NCBI RefSeq assembly: GCF_008065095.1
Contig: NZ_CP042911.1
Location: 8,220,001-8,252,000 of the forward strand
Reading direction: 5' to 3'
Source: Gemmata obscuriglobus
GTDB lineage: Bacteria > Planctomycetota > Planctomycetia > Gemmatales > Gemmataceae
Length of the DNA stretch: 32,000 bases
Shown one piece after another: positions 25,422 through 32,000 of this stretch (position 1 is its first letter; every line of letters starts with the position of its first letter). A program made the position numbers and the translations under genes. The notes below the pieces were generated by a model, which saw only the letters and a list, made by a program, of their open reading frames with translations, had not been told where the DNA came from and searched no databases.

Positions 25422-28097
25422 ATGACAATCCGCCGAAGCCAACAGCAGGACACTAACATGCCTTCGTCGCCCCTCCGCTCGCCCGAACTTCTGGAATCGC
25501 GGGACCTGCCGGCCACCGTGTTCGTGTGGGACGGTGGGGGCGCCGACGCCCTCTGGAGTACCGCCGCCAACTGGGTCGGCGACGTGGCCCCGACCGCGGC
25601 CACGACCGACCCGGCCGGGGTGGTGATCCAGTTCAACGGCGGGGTCGCGTCCGCAATGGATGTCACCGGACTGACCGTCGATCGGATCGAACTCCTGGGG
25701 AGCAACAACCGGGTAGAAATCGCCACCGACACGGTACTACGGCTCAACGGCGGGGTGCTGCCCGACAACGTGATCAGCGGCGGCACCGGGAACGCGATCG
25801 TCAACCAGGACCTCCAGATCCTTTCGACCAGCCAACTCGACTTGGTCGGTGGCGCCCCGGTGCTCCACACGGACACCGGCGCCGAGCTGACGGTCCGGGC
25901 GTACATCACGGGCACCGTCGGGCTCACCAAGACCGGCGACGGGCGGCTGGACCTCCAGAACAAGACCACCGGCTCCAGCTTTTCCGGTCCCGTTCAGCTA
26001 CTCAGTGGTACCACCTACCTGGGCACCCTGGAGCAGGCCGGTGGGTACGTGTTCGGTGCCACCGTGCGGGACAGCCTAGTGCTCGGACCCGGTGCCCGTG
26101 CGGTGGTCTCCGGGCACGCGCAGTTCGATGAGGGACCAGGCGTTCCGCCGTACAACGGTCGGCTGGTGCGGCAGGGGACCGCGGCCGTAACCTTGGGCGC
26201 CGGCGCCACCCTTGATATGACAAACGAACTCGTGGTTCTGAAATCCCTGGCCGGAGACATCGGTAGCACCGTGATCCTAGCGAGCACGGTCCCGTTGTTC
26301 GTCGGCAACACGGGTGATCCGGCTGAAGACGTCACGTTCGCGGGCGCGTTTGTCGGCGCCGGAAGCGTCAATTACGCGAACCTGGGGACCTGGACGCTGT
26401 CCGGCCCCAACACGTTCGAGGGCGCGATTTACGTCGACGCCGGGACCCTCCGGGCGGGTGCCGCGGGCACGCTGTCGCCCCGCGGACAGGTGTTCCTGTT
26501 CGAGACCACGCTCGACCTCAACGGGTTCGACCAAACCGTGAGAGGAGTGGGCGACGCCGCACCTCCCATCGGGGCGGTGGGGCAGTCCCGGGTGCTGCTC
26601 GGATCGGGCCGGCTGACCATCAACTCGATCCTTCCCGAAGAGAGGATAAACGGGGTGATCAGCGGGACCGGCGGGCTGACGCTGTCGGGGCCGGGGCGGC
26701 TGAGCCTCTTGGGCGCGAACACGTACACCGGCGGCACGGTGGTGCGGGACGGTGCCGTTCTGAACGTGAACGGCACAACGTTCACCGACATCACCCTCGA
26801 CGACTCGATCTTCCAGGGGAGCGGCACGACCGGCAACATCGGGTCCAACGGCGGGGGCGAACTCGGCCCCGGTAACAGCCCCGGGCGGCTGAACGTCGGC
26901 GCCCTGACCCTGGGGCCGACGGACACGATCACGATCGAGCTGGAGGGCTCGGTCCCGGGGGGCGGGTACGACCAGATCGCGACCCGCGGCGCGGTGACGC
27001 TGGCGGGCACGCGGCTGAACCTGCGGGTCGGCTTCGCGCCTGCGCCCGGGAGCCGGTTCACCATCGTTCAGAACAACTCAGGCGCGCCGGTCTCCGGCAC
27101 GTTCGACGGGTTGCCCGAAGGGGCGGTGTTTACCGCCGGCGGGGTCACGTTCCGGATCACCTACCGGGGCGGCGCGGGCGGGGACGTGGTGCTCACGGTT
27201 CCGGGCGCGGGGGCGGAGGCGCCCGCGACGGGCTCACCGATCCTGGTGCCGTCCCCGGGCCGTTCGGGCACGGTCCGGGTGTTCGATCCGGTGAGCGGGG
27301 CGGTCCGCGAGTTCGCGCCGTTCGCGGGGTACGCCGGCGCGGTGGTCCTGGCCGCGGCCGACGTGAACGGCGACGGGGTTGCGGACACGGTGGCCGCGAC
27401 CGCCGGGGCCGGCGGGCACGTGCGGGTGTTCGACGGGGCGACCGGCGCCGAACTCATGAGCTTCCTGCCGTTCGCGGGGTTCGCCGGCGGGCTGAGCGTG
27501 GCGGCCGCGGACCTCGACGGGGACGGGTGCGCGGACCTGATCGTCGGGGCCGGCGCGGGCGCGCCGAACGGGCACGTGAAGGTGTTCGGCGGGCGCGACG
27601 GGGCGCTGCTCCAGAGCGTGCTGGCGTTCGAGGGGTTCGGCGGCGGGGTGCGGGTGGGCGCCGGGGACGTGAACGGGGACGGCCGCGCGGACCTGATCGT
27701 CGGCACCGGGAGCGGCAGCAGCCACGTGAAGGTGCTCGACGGCCGGGACCTGTCGGTGCTGAGGAGCTTCTTCGCGTTCGAGGGGTTCGGCGGCGGGGTG
27801 TTCGTGGGCGCCGGGGACGTGAACGGGGACGGCCGCGCGGACTTGGTGGTGGGCGCCGGCGCGGGCGCGCCGGGGGGGCACGTGAAGGTGTTTGACGGGC
27901 GGGACGCGTCGCCGCTGGGCGGCGCGCTCGCGTTCGACGCGCCGTACCTCGGCGGGGTGTCGGCGGTCGGCGTGGCCGACGCGGACGGGGACGGGGCGCC
28001 AGACGTGGTCGCCGTTTCGGCCACGGACCCGTCACACGTCAAAGCGTTCCGCGGGTCCGATTGGGCGGTCGTGCGCAGCGTCCGGCCGTTTGGTTAA
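25422..28097 (+). CDS. Large surface/secreted protein with autotransporter-associated beta-strand (PATR) repeats followed by FG-GAP repeats
   Basis: PATR-like units include GGLTLSGPGRLSLLGANTYTGGTVVRDGAVLNVNG. The C-terminal third has six or more GDVNGDG.AD-type FG-GAP units. The N-terminus has the motif LRSPELLESRDLPATVF rather than a hydrophobic signal peptide. ATG 25458 is an alternative start. Confidence 0.8.
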   Translation: MTIRRSQQQDTNMPSSPLRSPELLESRDLPATVFVWDGGGADALWSTAANWVGDVAPTAATTDPAGVVIQFNGGVASAMDVTGLTVDRIELLGSNNRVEIATDTVLRLNGGVLPDNVISGGTGNAIVNQDLQILSTSQLDLVGGAPVLHTDTGAELTVRAYITGTVGLTKTGDGRLDLQNKTTGSSFSGPVQLLSGTTYLGTLEQAGGYVFGATVRDSLVLGPGARAVVSGHAQFDEGPGVPPYNGRLVRQGTAAVTLGAGATLDMTNELVVLKSLAGDIGSTVILASTVPLFVGNTGDPAEDVTFAGAFVGAGSVNYANLGTWTLSGPNTFEGAIYVDAGTLRAGAAGTLSPRGQVFLFETTLDLNGFDQTVRGVGDAAPPIGAVGQSRVLLGSGRLTINSILPEERINGVISGTGGLTLSGPGRLSLLGANTYTGGTVVRDGAVLNVNGTTFTDITLDDSIFQGSGTTGNIGSNGGGELGPGNSPGRLNVGALTLGPTDTITIELEGSVPGGGYDQIATRGAVTLAGTRLNLRVGFAPAPGSRFTIVQNNSGAPVSGTFDGLPEGAVFTAGGVTFRITYRGGAGGDVVLTVPGAGAEAPATGSPILVPSPGRSGTVRVFDPVSGAVREFAPFAGYAGAVVLAAADVNGDGVADTVAATAGAGGHVRVFDGATGAELMSFLPFAGFAGGLSVAAADLDGDGCADLIVGAGAGAPNGHVKVFGGRDGALLQSVLAFEGFGGGVRVGAGDVNGDGRADLIVGTGSGSSHVKVLDGRDLSVLRSFFAFEGFGGGVFVGAGDVNGDGRADLVVGAGAGAPGGHVKVFDGRDASPLGGALAFDAPYLGGVSAVGVADADGDGAPDVVAVSATDPSHVKAFRGSDWAVVRSVRPFG
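27624..27842 (+). repeat. Near-identical internal duplication with a 150-bp period inside the FG-GAP region
   Basis: GCGTTCGAGGGGTTCGGCGGCGGGGTG...GTGGGCGCCGGGGACGTGAACGGGGACGGCCGCGCGGAC occurs at 27624 and again at 27774. Only the 3-nt codon between the two blocks differs. Confidence 0.85.
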
Positions 28098-28270
28098 TGG
28101 GCTGCCGGTGCGGGAGCTTGGGGCCGGCGCGGGCGGACCGCCCTTCTGCGCCGGGCCGTAGCCGGTCGTGCGCCCGGCGGCGTGCGCGCCGGCCCGCGGG
28201 CGGCCTACACAACCGGGCCGGCGTGCTTAGAACATCACCTTCCGGCCCGCCGAGACCACGGAACCCGCGC

Positions 28271-30157
28271 ATGAGCCTTCCGCACCCGCTCCCGCACACC
28301 CGCACCCGCACCGTCAAGTTCCCCACCGCCGCCGCCGCCGCCCGGCACGTCGCCAAGGAGATCGACAAGCTGATCCGGGCCCGCAACGCGGCCGGCAAGC
28401 ACACCGTCCTCGGGCTCGCCACCGGCAGCACCCCGGTGAGCCTGTACCGCGAGCTGATCCGGCTCCACAAAGAAGAGGGGCTGGACTTCTCCCGGGTGGT
28501 CACGTTCAACCTGGACGAGTACTACCCGATGGCCAAGGAGAGCCAGCACTCGTACTTCCGCTGGATGCACGAGACGCTGTTCAGCCACATCAACGTGAAG
28601 TGGGAGAACATCCACATCCCGGACGGCGCGCTCAAGCCCGACGAGGTGGACGCGGCGTGCGAGGAGTACGACGAGAAGATCCGCTCGTTCGGCGGGATCG
28701 ACATCCAGGTGCTCGGCATCGGCCGCACCGGACACATCGCGTTCAACGAGCCCGGCAGCCCGCAGAACAGCCGCACCCGGCTGGTCACCCTCGACAGCAT
28801 CACCCGCCGCGACGCCGCCGACGGGTTCTCCGGCGAGAAGAACGTGCCGCACCACGCCCTCACGATGGGCGTCGCGAGCATCCTGGAGGCCCGCCGCATC
28901 TTCCTGATGGCGTTCGGTGAGCATAAGGCGAGCATCGTTTATAAGGCCGTCGAGCAGGCGCCGACCGAGGCCATCTCCGCCAGCTTCCTGCAGGACCACC
29001 GGGACGCCACCTTCGTCCTCGACGAGGCCGCGGCGGCCGAGCTGACGGCCATCAAGCGGCCGTGGGAGGTGGGGCCGTGCCGGTGGAGCCCGGAGCTGGT
29101 CCGCAAGGCCGTTGTGGCCCTGGCCCTGACCGTGAAGAAGGGGCTCCAGAAGCTCAACGACGACGACTTCCGCGACCACCACCTGTACGAGCTGCTGCGC
29201 GAGAAGGGGCCGGCCGAGCAGATCGGCGAGGCCGTGTTCCACGACCGCATGGAGACGATTAAGCCGTACCCGGCCGGGCGGGTGACGGGCGACGGGGACC
29301 GCAAGACCGCGATCGTGTTCTCGCCGCACCCGGACGACGACGTGATCTCGATGGGCGGCACCATCATCCGGCTCGTCGAGCAGGGGCACAAGGTCCACAT
29401 CGCGTACATGACCAGCGGGAACGTGGCGGTGTTCGACCACGACGCGCGGCGGTTCGTGGACTTCGTGGACGAGTTCCTCCAGTCGTTCGGCACCTCGGCC
29501 GAGCAGTCGTCGGCGGGCACGCTCAAGGAGCGGGTGTACCAGTTCCTCGACGCCAAGAAGGCGGGCGAGCGGGACAGCCCGGAGGTGCTCAAGGTGAAGT
29601 CCGTGATCCGCACCACCGAGGCCCGCGCGGGGGCGCTGGTGTGCGGCATCCCGCCGGAGCAGCTCGAGTTCATGGACCTGCGGTTCTACCACACCGGCAC
29701 CCGCACCAAGAACCCGATCCACCCGCAGGACATCGAGGACATCGTGGCGCTGCTGAAGCGGCTGAGCCCGGACCAGGTGTACGTGGCCGGCGAGCTGAGC
29801 GACCCGCACGGCACGCACCGGGTGTGCGCCGAGGCGGTGTTCGCCGCCGTGCGCCGGGTCCGGGCCGAGGGCGTGACCCCGGACGTGTGGCTGTACAAGG
29901 GCGCGTGGGAGGAGTGGGAGCCGCACGAGATCGAGATGGCGGTGCCGCTGAGCCCCGACGTGGTGGAGCGCAAGAAGCAGGCCATCTTCCGGCACCAGAG
30001 CCAGAAGGACAAGGCGATGTTCCCGGGCGGCACGGACCGGCGCGAGTTCTGGCAGCGGGCCGAGCAGCGGAACATCGCGACCGCCCGGACCTACGACGCG
30101 CTCGGGCTGCCCGAGTACTACGCGCTCGAGGCGTTCGTGAAGTGGAACGACGGCTGA
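28271..30157 (+). CDS. nagB: Long-form glucosamine-6-phosphate deaminase (NagB domain fused to an LmbE/PIG-L-like deacetylase-fold domain)
   Basis: The N-terminal half contains ..LGLATGSTP..FNLDEY..LGIGRTGHIAFNEPGS... The C-terminal half contains ..VFSPHPDDDVISMGGTI.. and DPHGTHR motifs. The start is ATG 28271, and the upstream ORF extension is Arg-rich. Confidence 0.85.
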   Translation: MSLPHPLPHTRTRTVKFPTAAAAARHVAKEIDKLIRARNAAGKHTVLGLATGSTPVSLYRELIRLHKEEGLDFSRVVTFNLDEYYPMAKESQHSYFRWMHETLFSHINVKWENIHIPDGALKPDEVDAACEEYDEKIRSFGGIDIQVLGIGRTGHIAFNEPGSPQNSRTRLVTLDSITRRDAADGFSGEKNVPHHALTMGVASILEARRIFLMAFGEHKASIVYKAVEQAPTEAISASFLQDHRDATFVLDEAAAAELTAIKRPWEVGPCRWSPELVRKAVVALALTVKKGLQKLNDDDFRDHHLYELLREKGPAEQIGEAVFHDRMETIKPYPAGRVTGDGDRKTAIVFSPHPDDDVISMGGTIIRLVEQGHKVHIAYMTSGNVAVFDHDARRFVDFVDEFLQSFGTSAEQSSAGTLKERVYQFLDAKKAGERDSPEVLKVKSVIRTTEARAGALVCGIPPEQLEFMDLRFYHTGTRTKNPIHPQDIEDIVALLKRLSPDQVYVAGELSDPHGTHRVCAEAVFAAVRRVRAEGVTPDVWLYKGAWEEWEPHEIEMAVPLSPDVVERKKQAIFRHQSQKDKAMFPGGTDRREFWQRAEQRNIATARTYDALGLPEYYALEAFVKWNDG

Positions 30158-30427
30158 CGCCGCCGGCCGCCCGTTCCCGGGCGCCGGCTCGCACGGGAAT
30201 TGCGGATCAACTCGGGTGCGGGGCCGATCGGCCGACTGGCGGTCGGCCCCACAACATCACGTAACATTTCGCCACCGCTGCTCACCTGCGTGACTCGAAG
30301 ACTTCGGCGCGGATGCGCGCCCGTGCCGGAACGAGTGCCGCACCGACGGTCGCGACCTCTTCTGTTCGGTAAAAACCGCCGTCGCCCGATGTGCCGGCGG
30401 CACAGGGCCGTCTATCTGGCGATTTTC

Positions 30428-30455
30428 CTTGCATCCTACCGGCGCCATGGTAATG
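30428..30455 (+). promoter_or_regulatory. Sigma70-like promoter candidate for the DUF1559 gene
   Basis: TTGCAT (30428-30433), a 16-nt spacer, then TAATGT (30450-30455), in an AT-richer stretch about 125 nt upstream of ATG 30580. This rests on motif resemblance only. Confidence 0.25.
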
Positions 30456-30579
30456 TGAGCTTCGGGTGTAGGCTCTCCTAGCACGCTCGCACCTTCTTTG
30501 CACCGGTGGTTCGGCGGTCCTTTTGACGCGCTCATTGCCGGTGCGTTTTTGCCTTCATTTTCTCAGAGGTCCGTCGCTC

Positions 30580-31521
30580 ATGCTCTCCCTCTCTCCCCGT
30601 TCGCGGCGTGGGTTCACGCTGATCGAACTACTCGTCGTGATCGCGATCATCGCGATCCTCATTGGCCTCCTGCTCCCCGCCGTGCAAAAGGTCCGCGAGG
30701 CCGCGGCCCGGATGAAGTGCACGAACAACCTCAAGCAGATGGGGCTGGCCGTTCAGAACCACCACGACACCACCGGGTACCTCCCCCACGGCGGAACGGG
30801 CTGGGACCGCGCCCCGGCCTACTCGGCCCCGGGCACCCCGTACGGGCTGAAGGACCAGGGCTGCGGGTGGGGCTTCCACATCCTGCCGTTCCTGGAACAG
30901 GACAGCCTGTACAAGGGCGGCGGGACGACGACCGTGGACGCCGCGTCCACGCAGGTGCGCGGGACGCCGGTGAAAGCCTTCTACTGCCCGTCGAAGGCGG
31001 GCTCGAGCCCCCGCGTGTTCAGCGGCGGGTCGTGGTACGGCCCGGGCGGGACGGTGAACTTCGCGCAGAGCGACTACGCCGGCTGCCAGGGCACGAGCAA
31101 CAACGGCGCGATCTCTTACCACGACTGCAAGTGGAGCGGCTGGCCCGCCCCGGCGCCGAACACGTTCACCCCGGCCATGGACATGCTCAACCTGGCCGCG
31201 ATCACGGACGGCACCTCGAACACCATGCTCATCGGCGAGAAGCGGCTGAACTCCGCGGCGCTCGGCGGGTTCCAGGGCGACGACAACGAGGGCTACACCT
31301 CGGGGTGGGACCACGACGTGATCCGCGAAACCGACCGGCTCCCGCTCCCGGACACCAACACGGGCGACGGCAACGGCTGCTTCGGCGGCCCCCACTCCGG
31401 CGGGTTCGTCACCGTCTTCTGCGACGGCTCCGTCAAGCTGATCAGCTACTCCGTGGACATCACCACCTTCAACCGCCTCGGGCAGCGGAACGACGGCCAG
31501 CCCATCACCGGCAACTACTAA
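30580..31521 (+). CDS. DUF1559 protein with a prepilin-type N-terminal cleavage/methylation domain and the H-X9-DG motif
   Basis: The N-terminus reads MLSLSPRSRRGFTLIELLVVIAIIAILIGLLLPAVQKVREAA... The C-terminus contains HSGGFVTVFCDG (H, 9 residues, DG). Confidence 0.9.
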   Translation: MLSLSPRSRRGFTLIELLVVIAIIAILIGLLLPAVQKVREAAARMKCTNNLKQMGLAVQNHHDTTGYLPHGGTGWDRAPAYSAPGTPYGLKDQGCGWGFHILPFLEQDSLYKGGGTTTVDAASTQVRGTPVKAFYCPSKAGSSPRVFSGGSWYGPGGTVNFAQSDYAGCQGTSNNGAISYHDCKWSGWPAPAPNTFTPAMDMLNLAAITDGTSNTMLIGEKRLNSAALGGFQGDDNEGYTSGWDHDVIRETDRLPLPDTNTGDGNGCFGGPHSGGFVTVFCDGSVKLISYSVDITTFNRLGQRNDGQPITGNY

Positions 31522-31621
31522 CGGCGCGCCGCCCCGCCGCGCGTTCGCCAGTCCGCATGGGCGGGGCCGATGGCTCCGCCCGTGCCGTTTGGCTTTCCAT
31601 CATTTCGTCGGAGCGCTAAGC

Positions 31622-32000
31622 ATGATTCGCCGGATCAGTCCGTTTCAAGCGATTTTGTTCCTCGCCATCTGCGCCGCATCGGGCTGCGGCGGCTCGCAGG
31701 GCAACCGGGACGACTCGCCGCGCGGCGTCGTCAACGGCAAGCTGGTCGATAACAACAAACCGTTCGCGCTGGACGCGTCCAAGGTTCCCGTTCCGAAAGG
31801 CGCCCGGTCGTTGCCCCCCGGGGTCAGTGGCGCGCTTTCGATCGTGTTCATCTCGAGCGACACGAAAGAGTCCTACACCGCCGACGTGAACGCCGACGCG
31901 GGCACGTTCCAGGTGAAAGGGATCGACGGGAAGGGGATTAAAGCCGGGCGCTACCGGATCGCGGTAACGGGGCGGATGGGGATCTCTCCGGACACCCCCG
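31622..32000 (+). CDS. Putative lipoprotein, 3-prime partial (runs off the window)
   Basis: ATG 31622 is preceded by GGAG. The start MIRRISPFQAILFLAICAASGCGG carries a lipobox. The frame stays open to position 32000. It is absent from the supplied ORF track, probably because no stop falls in the window. A small lipoprotein after a DUF1559 gene is a common planctomycete pairing, as far as I recall. Confidence 0.65.
   Translation, partial: MIRRISPFQAILFLAICAASGCGGSQGNRDDSPRGVVNGKLVDNNKPFALDASKVPVPKGARSLPPGVSGALSIVFISSDTKESYTADVNADAGTFQVKGIDGKGIKAGRYRIAVTGRMGISPDTP

Noticed and set aside
28235-29995. A 586-aa minus-strand ORF opposite nagB, plus other overlapping ORFs in the track (143-1165, 2181-3452, 10052-11110, 10728-11861).
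   Set aside because: These are shadow ORFs. The opposite or alternate frame carries a recognisable conserved protein in each case.
28271-30157. The NagB-LmbE fusion, considered as a novel bifunctional enzyme.
   Set aside because: Glucosamine-6-phosphate deaminases of about 630-660 aa with this C-terminal domain are, as far as I recall, a known long form in Bacteroidetes and Planctomycetes.
30580-32000. The DUF1559 prepilin-like gene plus the downstream lipoprotein, considered as a novel pilus or secretion module.
   Set aside because: This family is massively expanded in planctomycete genomes, and the pairing with a small lipoprotein is common there. Nothing is distinctive in this copy.
1-32000. 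A search for CRISPR arrays, tRNA or rRNA genes and tmRNA/RNase P/SRP signatures.
   Set aside because: I saw no regularly spaced direct repeats, no T-loop (GGTTCGAATCC-like) context outside CDS and no conserved RNase P or SRP blocks by eye. A covariance-model scan would be needed to be certain.

Overview
This is a high-G+C chromosomal segment that looks planctomycetal and Gemmata-like. Supporting content: a DUF1501 protein, a DUF1559 prepilin-like protein with the H-X9-DG motif, large FG-GAP and PATR surface proteins, and a membrane-anchored Hanks kinase. I support about 22 intact CDS. These include moeA, tsaB, an RNase HI-family gene coupled to a PEP-utilising enzyme with rifampin-phosphotransferase-like architecture, a tandem pair of secreted paralogs, a dual-receiver response regulator, a nuoI-nuoA-[Ser/Thr kinase]-nuoB cluster and a long-form nagB. 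There are three insertion-sequence copies. One is an intact IS4-like element with an 11-bp target duplication that cleanly splits a gene. The other two are decayed IS3-family copies lying head-to-head just after nuoB. I saw no rRNA, tRNA or CRISPR array. The main second-look items are: the kinase wedged with overlapping or abutting codons between nuoA and nuoB; a shared N-terminal LR..LE.RD.PA.VF motif on two otherwise unrelated FG-GAP proteins that lack classical signal peptides; the tandem secreted paralogs with a pseudopilin-like C-terminus and a high-identity tract; the RNase H / PEP-enzyme coupling; a 40-bp perfect palindrome at the frame break of the IS3 orfA; and a lower-G+C islet of paralogous membrane proteins, one with an in-frame TGA. 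Family names come from my reading of the translations. No database search was run.
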